The notes: generated by a model not told the origin, from the sequence alone. A stretch of DNA of 64,000 bases from the human T2T-CHM13v2.0 reference genome, Homo sapiens (GCF_009914755.1 NC_060927.1), one strand, 5' to 3'; counted from the stretch's first letter, positions 13,787 through 28,549 are shown. Numbers and translations: made by a program.

Positions 13787-13794
13787 CGACCAAC

Positions 13795-14210
13795 AATAAC
13801 AACAACATTTTCTGAGTACCTATTATGTGCCAGGTGCTGTCTCAGGTACTTTGGTCACACCAGAATTGAGCCAGGTACAAGTACAGTCCCTAACCTTGAG
13901 AACTACCAGCTGGTCTGTGGTGAAGTCAGGATTTGAACCCAGGCAGGTTGTGAGTTTTACATCAAAAGGGTTCTTCGAGTTCATTGAGTCCAATCCTCTC
14001 ATTTTATAGATGAAAATGCTGCTTCAGTATTGTAAATATTTACAGTATTCTAAGGACTTTGAAACTATGAGATACGTACAAAGGAAGAAAGAGAGGCAAA
14101 GAACTTTTAAGTAGCTTGCCTAGGATTGCATAGCCAGGCATAAATGGCAGGGCTGAGATTCAAACCCTGACGGCCCAGCTTCAGTGTCCACACTGTTGAC
14201 CACTAACCTG
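13795..14210 (-). mobile_element. MIR/L2 fragments
   Basis: tgagtacctattatgtgccagg; caggatttgaacccaggcag; cattttatagatga; gagattcaaaccc. Confidence 0.55.
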
Positions 14211-15039
14211 TCTGTCTTACTAAATGGGGAGTAGAATGTGGGCCCACTGGAAGCTGCCAGGCCTCGGGTCCACTGCAAGGCACCAGCCCTTCTCCCACAT
14301 ACCTGTCAGGATACCCTCTTCACCACCCAGCATGCCACACAAGGCCTGATCTTGAGGCAGAGAGCAGAAATGGGGTCAGTGGCAGCCCAGGCAACAAACT
14401 AGAGAGGAGTTTGTTCTCTGCTGTTTTCTCCCAGCCTTCAGTCAGCCTGGGAGAGTGATTTCCCAGCATCTCCCAAGTCATACAGAAAAGCCCTTGGAGA
14501 CACAATGGGGGCCAAGCAAATAGCCCCCACCCTCCAGCTGAGCCCTCGCCACTCCTCTCTCGCCAAGTCCTGCAGCCCCTTTTGGCCTTTGCCTGACTTT
14601 GAGGGAACAAATCACCAATCTCCAATTAGGACTGACATTTGAGTGGAGAAACTTCAACAGATGGGTTGAGACAGATCTGCGGATTAGATACAGGGCCCTC
14701 ATGAAATGTCGAGTCAAAAGTCCCCTCTGGGGTCTATCAGGCAAAGCACTCCAACTGGCCCTGAGCAAGGCAGGCCTGTGGAATCTGGACAGAGGCCTCA
14801 AGCCTGCCATCTCTGAGCCTGGGCTGCACACACACCACTCCTTGCCTTGCAGCACATTTTTGCAGCTACTTCCTGCTGTCAAAGAACAGACAGACTCATC
14901 TCCTTTGTGCTGATGTTTCTGGGTCCCAGCCATGTCAGCATCAGCCTACTTCATGCCCCTGCAATACAAGGAACCTGGTCTGAAAAGCCTTCTAACTCTG
15001 CTACTGCTTTCAGGGACCCACAGCCACTTTAAAACCATC

Positions 15040-15590
15040 ACTCATCCCATATTTATTAAGCATACAATATGTGCCAGGCATTGTGCTCAGTGCCAGAGAT
15101 CAAGTGGTAAATATGGCAAATATGGTCCCCTGCTTTACAGAATTGATGGTCCAATGGGGACACAGGCAATCACAACAAAGACTAATGATTATAGGGCTAG
15201 GAAACCTAGCTTAGTCTGGGGGGCCAGGAAAGACTTTCTGGAGGAAATCTGAGATTTAAAACATGAATGGAGTTTAAACAAGCAGAATGAAGAAGAGGAA
15301 GGAGAACTGGGCGAAAGAGGATTTGAGTCAGAGAGAGGAACACATGCAGAGGTCTTGGTTTGTGAAGAAATCCTCAGCTTTTAATTAGGGAATGCTGTGA
15401 AGAATGTGAGTGATAGGATGGCTATGGAATGTGGAGAAAGGAGGCTGGCAGGACAAGGATGGGCAAGGTCACCAAGGGCTTGTAAACCAAGTTAGAAGTT
15501 GTACTTATGAGGACAGCAGAAGCCAGTGTTGGGTTTTATGTAAGCAAAAGTGTGTCTGACTCAGCATTCCATGGTCATGATTCGAGTATA
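15040..15590 (-). mobile_element. L2
   Basis: atatttattaagcatac..tgtgccaggcattgtgct; ggaaagactttctggaggaa. Confidence 0.7.
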
Positions 15591-15605
15591 AAAATGAACT
15601 GGCCC

Positions 15606-15886
15606 AGCCAGGCGAAGTGGCTCACGCCTGTAATCCCAGCGCTTTGGAAGACCGAGGCAGGCAGATCACCTGAGCTCAGGAGTTTGAGACCACCCTGGGC
15701 AACACTAAAACACAAAAGAGTTAGCCAGGTGTGGTGGCACGTACCTGTAGTCCCAGCTACTAGGGATGCTGAAGCACGAGAATCACTTGAGCCCTGGGGC
15801 TGGAGGTTGTAGTGAGCCAAGATTGCACCACTGCACTCCAGCTTGGGCTACGGTGAGACTGATTCAAAAAAAAAAAAAAAAAAAAA
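15606..15886 (+). mobile_element. Alu (Jb/S-like)
   Basis: Alu dimer with 21-nt poly(A); TSD aaaaatgaRctggccc. Confidence 0.96.
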
Positions 15887-17031
15887 TGAGCTGGCCCTTG
15901 GGCTTGCCGTCACCTCCTCAGATAGGCCTCCGCTGAGCACTCTAGCTTGCCTGGGGAGGAGGGACAGAGCTTTGATGTGAATGGAAGCTGGAAATTGTGA
16001 TTGTCCCAGGCGTGACTGGTAAGTTATGGGATCCAACTGGGCTATGTTTTAAAGACTTCAACATGGCTCCGTCGATCACATGTCTTGCAAAAAACCAAGC
16101 CTTCCATTTCATAGCCAACCAACAGAAGCTCCATCTGGCCCACTTGCTATAGTGAACACCAGAGGGAACCAAAGCCAGACCTTTGAGGAAGAAGTGTGAG
16201 GAGGGAGGTGGATGTTTCCCATAAAAGAGTAAACATGAACTTTCACTTTCTCTTGGACTCCAGGGAGGTATCAACAGCAACACTAAAACATTGAAACAGC
16301 ATTACTTCCGCAAACAACTCACCCTGACAGAGTCTCATTCCTCAAAAAGAATGGTTTTAAAAGAATGGTGTGAACTCCACAAGGTTCAGCAGTAATAGTG
16401 AGGGAAACACAATAGGGGAAGGCCTGTGAGCTCATCCTGTGTGGGGAGGGGCCGGCAGGAAGTCCAGGCCCTGCCCTCAGTGACAGCAGGACTCCAACAC
16501 TCATTCTGGAAGCCAAAATAAAGAAGGGGCGCTGACATGGGGTTGGTTGGGAGAAAGCTGCTTACCTCACAAAGAGGGAAACTAAAACTACCACAAATGT
16601 GAACTATGGCTCTGTGAGTGGAGCCAAGGGGAGCGGGATTTCCTCTTGCTGTTCAGGAACAAGGGTTTCATGAGGCAGGTCTCTGGGCCAGACAGAGCCC
16701 TCTGTTTCTGCCTGCACATGGCTTCATCCTCAGAGGGTCTTCAGGAAGAAATGAGGCTCGAGTGTTCAAAAGTTCCCATTAGTCTTTACCTTTGAAAGGC
16801 CATTTTGAAAAGACTGATGAAAACTTGACACGTGTAAATATTAACCATGTATTGAATTATACACACAGGAATGATGAGCACATCTCATCATCAAGAAACA
16901 AGCAGTTATTTTACAAACCACGTACACAATAAAAATCCTTCCATGGAAGCATGTCTCCCCATCTCTGAATACCACAACTCAAGTGTCTAGGTTTGAGGTT
17001 TACTCAGGCACTGGACTTTGAGAAGACAGCA

Positions 17032-17340
<309 letters not shown>

Positions 17341-17709
17341 AGGAGAATAGTATTGATTGATGCATATGAGACTAGCATGCACTAGCATGGACCAGCCTTG
17401 ACTAAGTCTGGCTCCTGAAAATGAGTTCATAAACCGAGAGTCTCTTTTGGTAATCAATGAAAATGATAAATGGGCTGAGAAATTGACCATTAACTAGGAA
17501 AGCTACAGTAATTGGATTCTTTTTTCATCTGGAGAAACGGGTTGAAGAAGAAAAGCCCACAGAGGCTGATGGGGCTTTTGGGAGGAGATCACTTGTTAAG
17601 TGTCATTAAATATATAAAAAGTTATGTGAAAAATGGTGAGCAAGATCTTTTTAAATCCACAGAGGAAAAATGAGAAAATGTACTTAACTAGCCACTCAGT
17701 CACCTAACC

Positions 17710-18050
17710 TAGTGGTCCCAACCTTTTTGGCACCAGGGATTGGTTTGATGGAAGACAATTTTTCCACAGGGGTGGCAGGCAGGGATGGTTTTGGGATGAA
17801 ACTGTTCCACCGAAGATCATCAGGCATGAGTTAGATTCTCTTAAGGAGTGCACAGCCTAGATCCCTCACATATGCATTTTACAGTAGAGTTCACACTCCT
17901 GTGATCTGCTGATCTGACAGGAGGCAGAGCTCAGGCGGTAATTCTTACTGGCACTGCTCACCACCTCCTGTGCAGCCCAGTTCCTAACAGGCCATGGACT
18001 GGTACCAGCCCACAGCCCAAAGGTGGAGGCCCCTGCACTGAGGACCCCTG
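17710..18050 (+). mobile_element. MER1B (hAT-Charlie MITE)
   Basis: gtccccaacctttttggcaccaggga...gaagacaatttttccac...ggacccctg; approximate 8-bp TSD acctaacc/ccttaacc. Confidence 0.9.
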
Positions 18051-18676
18051 CCTTAACCCGTTTTGCACACTCTCTTCCCTCAACTACTATCCTCTGTGTC
18101 AAAAGCTATTTGGAGAATCGTGAAGCTTGCTTGTGCTTCAAAACTATGTAAAACTCATTCTAGGACTTTCTCTGCAGTTGTCATTTTTCAAAATGGCTGC
18201 CATGAAGCAATTGGCCAGTTTAACAGAATAAAGATCACTAGTAAAATACAGGAGTTCATATGAGTGGACACATTATCTTAGCTATCACATCTGTCCTTGA
18301 TAGTCCCCTAGCCACCATGGCCAAGGTCACCAGCACCCTGTAAAAATGCTGATAACCAGGCATCAAAGATTTTGAGAACTTTCTAGGCTTCTCTCACATC
18401 ACACTTGATTTGAGCCCCCTCCCTCTCCAATTCTGCTTCCTAAAACGCCATTCTTTTCCCCCAAACCTAGAGTTTTCCCACAGTCTCTGGGTGGATTACT
18501 CAGTTGTCCTGAGATGCAGGTTTTGTTTTTTGTTTCAGCCCTAGTTCATTTGCTGTCTCATCTTTGGTTTTATATTTTATAGCCTATGGGCAAATCCTAC
18601 CCAGTGTTACTGATCAGCTCCAACACCACAACTCAGCTCCCTAAAGAAGGCTCCTCTTCTCTGGGAGGAGAAAATC

Positions 18677-18810
18677 AGCTTTTTGGCCATTTGTTGTGTT
18701 GTTTTATGGCCCCAAATATGTGAATCAAATAAAAGTTGGTACCCATAGTTTTTAATATTGGTATGGTTTTCATGCAGTAGCTTTACTTTAAGGGGCATCT
18801 ATCCTAGACG
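18677..18810. repeat. Copy 1 of a ~135-bp local direct duplication
   Basis: Matches 19754-19825 plus 22104-22170, e.g. exact tatggttttcatgcagtagctttactttaaggggcatctat. Confidence 0.9.
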
Positions 18811-19233
18811 GCCAAATGCTAACAAAAGATCAGGAAGACCTAGCCAACATCTCCCAAATGCCACTCTTTGCAACAAGTAGTGTTAGCATATTACATAAAC
18901 CATGATTTCATGGTCAAGAAAGTGGCACAAATGCTATGTTTAAGTTTATCATACCTAAACAGTGCTGGCACATAATAGGTATACAATAAGTATTGTTGAT
19001 TGAATGCATGAACTAAATACACATCTACAGGACTTCTCAGAAGCTTTACTGTTTTGGTGTGCACTATAAATCTCTAAGAGATTTTTCTCAAAACCTGCCC
19101 AAGGGATCCCACTCTTATTTTTCAGTGAATGCCAGGTATCATCTCATGGAACACTGTTATGTAGAGGAAATTAGTGTAAGAAATGCTGACCTAGTTCCTT
19201 CTCCTCCAAAGTGATATATTCACTATACTCTAG

Positions 19234-19696
<463 letters not shown>

Positions 19697-19825
19697 TAGA
19701 GAAGTCATATGCACTGAAGACCTTGACTGATTGGTTGAGTCTCCCAAAATAGAAGCTTTTTGGTCATTTGTTGTCTTGTTTTCTGGCCCAAAATACCTGA
19801 ATCAAATAAAATTTGGCATGCATAG

Positions 19826-22103
19826 TGTATTAGTCTGTTATCATGCTGCTAATAAAGACATACCTGAGACTGGGTAATTTATAAAGAAAAAGAGGTTTAA
19901 TGGACTCACAGTTCCACATGGCTGGGGAGGCCTCACGATCATGGCAGGAGGTGAAGGAGGAGCAAGTCACATCTTACATGGCAGCAGGCAAGAGGGCATG
20001 TGCAGGGGAACTCCCTTTTATAAAACCATCAGATCTCACAAGACTTATTCACTATCATGGGAACTGCATGGGAAAAACCAGCCCCCATGATTTAATTACC
20101 TCCCACCAGGTCCCTCCCATGACACATGAGAATTACGGGAGCTACAATTCAAGACGAGATTTGGATGGGGACATGGCGAAACCATATCATCCCACCCCTG
20201 ATTTCAAAACCAATCATGCCTTCCCAACAGTCCTCCAAAGTTTTAACTCATTTCAGCATTAATTCAAAAATCCACAGTCCAAAGTCTCATCTGAGACAAG
20301 GCAAGTCTCTTCTGCCTATGAGCCTGTAAAATCAAAAGCAAGTTAGTTACTTCCCAGATACAATGGGGGGTACAGACATTGGGTAAATACACACATTCCA
20401 AATGGGAGAAATTGGCTAAAATGAAGGGGCTAGAGGCCCCATGCAAATCTGAAATCCAGCAGGGCAGCCAAATCTTAGAGCTCTGAAATGATCTCTGTTG
20501 ACTCCATGTCTCACATCCAGGTCAAACTGATGCAAGAGGTGGACTCCCATGGTTGTGGGCAGCTTTGCTCCTGTGGCTTTGCAGGTTACAGCCTCCCTTC
20601 TGGCTGCTTTCACAAGCTGGCATTGTCTGCAGCTTTTCCACATGCATGATGCAAGCTGTCAGTAGATATACCATTCTGGGGTCTGGAGAATGGTGGCCCT
20701 CTTCTCACAGCTCCACTAGGCAGTGCTCACACCCCACATTTTCCTTCTGCACTGTCCTACCAGGGGTTCTGCATGAGGGCCCTGCCCCTGCAGCAAACTT
20801 CTGCCTGGACATCCAGGCATTTCCATACATCCTCTGAAATCTAAGCAGAGGTTCCTAAACCTCAAATCTTGACTTCTATGCACCCACAGACTCAACACCA
20901 TGTGGAAGCTGCCAAGGCTTCAGGCTTACACCCTATGAAACCATGGCCCAAGCTGTATCTTGGCCCCTTTTGGCCACAGCTTGAGCAACTGGTATTCAGG
21001 GCACCAAGTCCCTAGGCTGCACAGAGCAGAAGGGCCCTGGACCAAGCCCACAAAACCATTTTTTCCTCCTAGGCCTCCAGGCCTGTGATGGGAGGGGCTG
21101 CCACAGGAAGATCTCTGACATATCCTGGAGACATTTTCCCCATTGTCTTGGCAATTAACACTTGACTCCTTGTTACTTATGCAAACTTCTGCAGCCAACT
21201 TGAATTTCTCCTCAGAAAATGGGTTTTTCTTTTCTATCACATTGTCAGGCTGCAAATTTTCCAAACTTTTATGCTCTGCTTCCTTTTTAAACATATGTTC
21301 CAATTCCAAACCATATCTTTGTGAATACATAAGACTGAATGCTTTTAACAGCACCCAAGTCACCTCTTGAACACTTTGCTGCTTAGAAATTTCTTCCAGC
21401 AGATGCCCCAAATCACGTCTCTCAAATTCAAAGTTCCACAAATCTCTAGGGCAGGGGCAAAATGCTGCCAGTCTCTTTGCTAAAACATTGCAAGAGTCAT
21501 CTTTATTCTAGTTCCCAGCAAGTTTCTCATCTGCATCTGAGACCACCTCAGCCTGGACTTTATTGTCCATATCACTATCAGCATTTTGGTCAAAGCCATT
21601 CAACAAGTCTCTAGGAAGTTCCAAACGTTTCCACATCTTCCTGTCTTCTGAGCCCTCCAAACCCTTCCAACCTCTGCCTGTTCCATAGTCGCTTCCACAT
21701 TTTCAGGTATCTTTACAGCAGTGCCCCACTACCCAATACCAATTTACTGTATTAATCCATTCTCATGCTACTAATAAAGACATATCTGAGACTGGGTAAT
21801 TTATAAAGAAAAAGAGGTTTTAGTAGACTCACAGTTCCACATGGCTGGGGAGGCCTCACAATTATGGCGGAAGAGGAAGGAGGAGTTAAGGGACTTCTTA
21901 TATGGCAGCAGGCAAGAGGGCATATGAAGGGGAACTCTCCTTTATAAAACCATCAGATTTCATGAGTTTTATGCACTGTCACAAGAACGGCATGGGAAAA
22001 ACCTGCCCCCATGGTTCAATTACCTCCCACCAGCTCCACGTGGGAATTGGGGGAGCTACAATTCAAGATGAGATTTGAGTGGGGACACAGCCAAACCATA
22101 TCA
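19826..22103 (-). mobile_element. Full-length THE1 (THE1C/D-like) MaLR: LTR-internal-LTR
   Basis: LTRs 19826-20189 and 21748-22103 (TG...CA), ~1.56-kb internal region, perfect 5-bp TSD catag (19821-19825 / 22104-22108). Confidence 0.95.
20926..21441 (-). pseudogene. Remnant of the THE1/MaLR internal ORF
   Basis: WNFEFERRDLGHLLEEISKQQSVQEVTWVLLKAFS matches the recalled MaLR internal ORF; flanked by stops and frameshifts. Confidence 0.8.
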
Positions 22104-22478
22104 CATAGTTTTTAATAACAGTATGGTTTTCATGCAGTAGCTTTACTTTAAGGGGCATCTATTCTAGAGGCTTTAGTACAAGATAACATTTAACATAGCT
22201 GTGCCTCAGTGTCCCATGCATCTGTGAGACATCCGCCTCCTCCTGCCTTCTGTGAATGCCAAGAAAACGCATCCACTGATAGATATTAAAAAAAACCTGA
22301 AGCTTTCCATGCATCCTGTGCCCCATGTGTATTCACAATTATTTATAATAATATTACATCTACTCAGAAATAACTTATCAAAAGCAGAAAGGAAATTTTA
22401 TTTTGAAATGCCCTCACAATGTCCAGAAGAGACATTCTGTGGTTTATGCCTTGAAATTTGCAATCTTCTTCATTGTAA

Positions 22479-22808
<330 letters not shown>

Positions 22809-23497
22809 ACCAATTTACTTTCATATCACACATAATTCTCACAATTTTATGAACTTGCGTAAAAGTATAAAAACAAGTTTAAAATTCTAACAGTTAAAAA
22901 AAAAAAAACTAGCAGCCTGGGGCTCTTCAGTATGATGGACAAATGTCCCTATTGTAATGATCTACTTAACTCCTTGTCCTGGTACTTCCTTTGTTTTTAT
23001 AGCTGTGGTCACTATCACTTTACACCTGTAAGTCTAACCAGTCTCTCAAAACTGGAAGCAATCTACCTTGGCAAGGACTGGCAGAAAGGAATGGCTCAAT
23101 GGCCAGCATCATGCTGGTTTTACAGAGTCTTGCCCTGACAGTAGCACCCCAGTTGTTCACCATCTGAGTTCTGCCACATTCTGCAGATATAGCCCTGCAT
23201 TGTACCAATCTGGTCCACTTGAAGTCAATTTTGGGCCAGTCTACCTTAAGGACAGTCTAATTCAAAAGCTAATATATTTTTTCTTTTACATATGATGACT
23301 ACATTTTTCAGAACTAAAAATTAGTACATAAAGTCTAAGGACAAATCATTTTCTGACCTATGAGTCACATTCAGTGGTATGCTTAACAAATTATTTTATT
23401 GAAGCAAAATTCATGTAAAAAATAGATTTAGCTACACATGTATATATAATCAGCTATGTAATTTTTAATCATTATGTTGGAATTTTCTTTAAAAATC

Positions 23498-23537
23498 TGT
23501 GCACATGTACCCTAAAACTTAAAGTATAATAAAAAAA
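23498..23537 (+). mobile_element. Extremely 5'-truncated young L1PA 3' end
   Basis: tgtgcacatgtaccctaaaacttaaagtataat(A)7; TSD aaaaatctgtg / aaaaagtctgtg. Confidence 0.85.
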
Positions 23538-24117
23538 GTCTGTGTTATGTGACCACCTTTATTCCATTACCTATAAGCATTCATATTTGCTTATTGAATT
23601 AACTTTATTTCTCTATGCTATGGAAATATTTTTGTATATGAAAACTTGTTCACTTCTGTAGAACTGTTGGCAATCTTTAGAGAAAAGATCTAACACAATT
23701 GGAAAGATTATTTCTACTATCAGTGACCCTCAATTAGGACTAAATTGACATGCATTTTTACATCTTTTTGTTTTATTTTTCCATATTAATTATCAAACTT
23801 GTATCAACAGCTACCTAATATAACACTGGATTGATTTCTAATTTTTCTCTCAGTAATGATTTGGCAAAGTCTAAATCACAGATTGGGGAAATAAAGACTT
23901 TTCATTGTTGTTATTTTCTTGATATTATTACAATTTCAGTTATTTGCTCTGTAGTTCCAAAGATAACGTTTTTAAATTCCTGGTTTAGTGGTGGGTTATT
24001 TTTCTCTTTTTATTATTGTTAATGTCTGATGTTATTGCCTTTTAAGAAAAACGGTATTTAATATTTCTACTTTTGACATTTATTGAGGGGTTTTGTTACC
24101 TAATAAACAGTTTATAG

Positions 24118-24118
<1 letters not shown>

Positions 24119-24158
<40 letters not shown>
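24119..24158. repeat. (AC)n microsatellite
   Basis: About 20 uninterrupted AC units. Confidence 0.98.
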
Positions 24159-24160
<2 letters not shown>

Positions 24161-24959
24161 ACTTGCTTGGGCATTTTGGATTTTATAGCACTAGAAAAAA
24201 ATGAAGGCTATTTTCTCTCTGAAAAAATTGAAAATAATCCATTTATATGCTTATAGGCATATATGTCCCCTTCTCGGGGGAGAAACAACTGTGACTTCTT
24301 AGCCAAATCAAACAGGCTAGTTCAGCTCAGAGGCCTTTTATAGTCTGGGGATCTGAGCCACATTTGCCTCATCTGTAAAAACAAAGCACAGAGCAAGGGC
24401 TACTGTCAGTTTCAAACAAAATCATGTTCATGCAAGCGCTCTGAGAGAGACTATAAAGCTAAAAGCATATTATTACCAATGGGATAGGGATTCAAGCTAA
24501 GCACCATGGTGTAAATGTGGTCAGGACATGAGGGATAAAGATTCCCAGGAAGCCTCTGAAGGCCAGGCCTGCCTAGTCCTTAAAGCTAAAGAAAGGCACC
24601 CCTGGTGGGATGCAAGAGAGACTCAACCTATCATTTTCTGCTTCTGGTCTTAGAACTCTGCTCACCCGACCACCCGTGAGGAGAGAAAGTAAAGTGAAAT
24701 AGATGGTAATAGAGGAAAGCAAATGTACTCATTTGTATGAGCCTGGCTACATTCATTCTGATCCTTTCCTAAGACAATCACTTTACCTACAAGTGTGGGT
24801 GATCTGTCAGCTCTGGAAACAATCCACCTTGGGAAGAATAGGGCAGGATAAAGAGCTTTTATATTGCTCCTATAAAAACTCAACTTTTATACATGTAGCG
24901 TTACTCAATCTATAGTTATATAGTATATATAACACAATAGATTATTATACAATTATATC

Positions 24960-25200
24960 AATTGATCACACTATATTTTGCTTTCTCACATACCTGTCTC
25001 CCATACCAGACCATGAGCATCTTAAAGGCAAGGCCCAGGTCTTACTTATATTTTTATTCCCACCTCTGACTGATGGCCATAGTAGACATTCAATACACGC
25101 TTATTAATTTGAACTCTGTGTGACAGATCCTGGTTCAAACACTGAGGATAAAAAGATGAATGAGACAATGGCCTGGCCTTCAAGGAGCTCACAATTATCC
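24960..25200. mobile_element. L2 3' fragments (both orientations)
   Basis: tgtctccc..accagaccatgagcatcttaaaggcaagg...catagtagacattcaata; then gataaaaagatgaatgagaca..gccttcaaggagctcaca. Confidence 0.6.
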
Positions 25201-26050
25201 ACTTCCAGTTATCCCAGACTCACTACCTAAGTCTAGAAAGTATTCATGCCTCCTTCTTCTTTTCCTTGTTCTTTTCTGCCCATGGAGTTTCCCCATGGGT
25301 TTCATGCCCTTCACTCTTTCATTGCCACTCTCGATTTCAGTAGAATGTTCTTGTAATTGTCCTTATCTGCCACGCTTGTCTTTAATCTGCATTGTTTAAA
25401 AAACATTTTCTTTGGCATGGTGAGTGACTAAAGTTTAAAAGTTTGGCATGAAGGTGTCATCAGATATCTCATTTGTTTCCATCTCATGGTGTGAGAGTTT
25501 CACTTCCATCCAATATAAACACAAGGGCTGGGTCTGACTAGCATTTAACTCATCAGCTGAGTTGTGTAACAGACCCTTTGTTTTAAGCAATAGAAGAGGC
25601 AAGGGGCACCATTATTGTGTTGTGCTTAGGGTATCAGTTGACCTTAATCCAGTCCTGGTCCTTTCACTGCTTGTTAGTAACACTAGTGAAAGGCTTGTTG
25701 CAGGAACATAACAAATCTGATCTTTAAAAACAGACATCTTGGTTATCTTGTGCAATCTGGCCTCAGTCTACCTGCTCAGTTTCTTCTTCTTTCAAGTATC
25801 CATCCTGTGGTTCATCCCAGTTGACACTCTCTTTCTCCCAAGATCACTCCTCTAAACCGTACACTCTAAACCGTATCACCAGCCTGTTCACTTACCTAGA
25901 GTCTACAACTTAGGAAGACAGCTTCAGTTCCTCCTCCTCCACAGGGCCTGTTTGGAGAATGTCTAGAACTCATAGCATATTGCATCAAGTAACAGACATG
26001 GAATACATTGTTCAGTGGCCCATGAATTCTCCTGGATTACTCTTAAATGT

Positions 26051-26278
<228 letters not shown>

Positions 26279-26672
26279 TAGTACAGGGCAACATGAACAG
26301 TAGGTGTACAATAAATGTTTGTAAAAACTGTTCTCGAGATTTCCATTATTCATAGAACTCCCACCTGTCCTCATTTTCCTCTTCCCCAAATCACAAATCA
26401 TTATCATTAGGCTTTAATCCAAATTCAGGCAGATGCGAGAGTCTTCTCTCGGTCTCTCTCACTTAGGGGCAAGTCTACTAGGTGGAGGACATCCCCAGGA
26501 AAATTTGAATAAAGATATTTGTGGGAAGTTTGAACTTGGCACTTTCCCTTGCGTGTCCTCCTGAACAGCAGTGGGGAGTTTCTCTTCCTTATTAATGTAA
26601 GGTTCTTTCCTGTCATTCAACAAATTAAGGATGGTGGTCCTGAAGGAGGAACCAATAAGAATCTAAACAAGG

Positions 26673-27714
26673 GCCAAAATTGACAAATGGGATATAATTA
26701 CATTAAAGAGCTTCTGCACAGCAAAAGAAGCTACCATCAGAGTGAACAGGCAACCTAAAGAATGGGAGAAAATTTTTGCAATCTGCTCATTTCACAAAGG
26801 GCTGATATCCAGAATCTACAAAGAACTCATACAAATTTACAAGAAAAAAACAAAGAACCCCATCAAAAAGTGGGCGAAGGATATGAACAGACACTTCTCA
26901 AAAGAAGACATTTATGCAGCCAACAGACACATGAAAAAATGCTCATCATCACTGGCCATCAGAGAAATGCAAATCAAAACCACAATGAGATACCATCTCA
27001 CACCAGTTAGAATGGCGATCATTAAAAAGTCAGGAAACAACAGGTGCTGGAGAGGATGTGGAGAAATAGGAACACTTTTACACTGTTGGTGGGACTGTAA
27101 ACTAGTTCAACCATTGTGGAAGACAGTGTGGTGATTCCTCAAGGATCTAGAACTAGAAATACCATTTGACCCAGCCATCCCAGTATATACCCAAAGGATT
27201 AGACCCAGTATATACCCAAAGGATTATAAATCATGCTGCTATAAAGACACATGTACACGTATGTTTATTGCGGCACTATTCACAATAGCAAAGACTTGGA
27301 ACCAACCCAAATGTCCATCAATGATAGACTGGATTAAGAAAATGTGGCACATATACACCATGGAATACTAGGCAGCCATGAAAAAGGATGAGTTCATGTC
27401 CTTTGTAAGGACATGGATGAAGCTGGAAACCATCATTCTGAGCAAACTATTGCAAGGACAGAAAACCAAACACCACATGTTCTCACTCATAGATGAGAAT
27501 TGAACAATGAGAACACCTGGACACAGGAAGGGGAACATCACACACTAGGGCCTGCAGTGGGGTGGGGGGAGGGGGAAGGCATAGCATTAGGAGATATACC
27601 TAATGTAAATGATAAGTTAATGGGTGCAGCACACCAACATGGCACATGTATACATATATAAAAAACCTGCACATTGTGCACATGTACCCTAGAACTTAAA
27701 GTATATAAAAAAAA
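26673..27714 (+). mobile_element. 5'-truncated L1PA (L1PA4/5-like), ~1.04 kb
   Basis: ORF2 C-terminus, 3' UTR with G-tract, poly(A); perfect 16-bp TSD aagaatctaaacaagg (26657-26672 / 27715-27730). Confidence 0.97.
26742..27134 (+). pseudogene. L1 ORF2p C-terminal fragment
   Basis: [12 protein letters not shown]...[27 protein letters not shown] is the ORF2p cysteine-rich domain; no endonuclease/RT part or promoter. Confidence 0.93.
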
Positions 27715-27844
27715 AAGAATCTAAACAAGGAAGTCTCAATATCTCAAGAATCTACATTCGGCTGAACTGAGTCTCCATAGCCATAGCAAGGACGGTTGAC
27801 CTGAGCAAAGTAAGTAAGGAAATGAGTTTGCAGAAGTGCAGAAT

Positions 27845-28060
27845 GATAACAACAATGAACCTCAGCTGCCACTGTGTGCATACCATGAGCCACCAAGCAC
27901 ATCACATTATAGTCATGCCTTCATCTAATCCTTGCAACACTCCCATGCCAGCAGGATTATCATTATCCCCGTTTAACAGATGAGCAAGCGGGGGCTCAAA
28001 CTGCTTAGTGACACCAAAGCCTGACTTCAGAGCTTGTTAACCCCACCACTACAGCACACT
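27845..28060 (-). mobile_element. MIR
   Basis: tcatctaatccttgcaacac...attatccccgtttaacagatgag. Confidence 0.7.
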
Positions 28061-28549
28061 GAGTGGGACTTTTCTAACCACTATTGAAGCTCAACCCAAG
28101 AAATGAAAATGTATTCACCATGACCAGAGTATTCTTTATAATCATGAGTTGATTTTGAAGCTAACTTTCCTAAAAATGGCTCCAAATACATTTTAAAGTA
28201 ATTCCCAAGTATCTAGGCTTATTATGTCCAAGTAAGCTCTGAGGATTACAGAATAAAATAATTATATGACACAGCAACACCAACTTCCTGCTTTGGCCAA
28301 TCCTGCAAGCCTCATCAACCACAGGCAGAAAAATTAATTGACTCAATTGGGCAGAACAGAGCAGAGCAGTGCTCCAGGTGAGTCGTTGTGACCCAGCCAG
28401 TGATCCAACCTTGACTTCTGAGCTCTAATTGCCTTTACTGTAGACATGATGAGCAGGACTGAAGATAGGAAGATAGCATCTCATTATGAGTCATTCACCT
28501 GCTGGAAGCGGGTGACTGACAACTTGAGGTTTTTGGCTCAGTATTCTAG

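Noticed and set aside
14320-15252. Cluster of overlapping 100-150 aa ORFs
   Set aside because: No recognisable domain or splice structure; expected by chance in GC-richer DNA and partly L2.
25849-25876. 14-bp tandem duplication ctctaaaccgta (similar ones at ~48601, ~57735, ~35562)
   Set aside because: Ordinary slippage indels.
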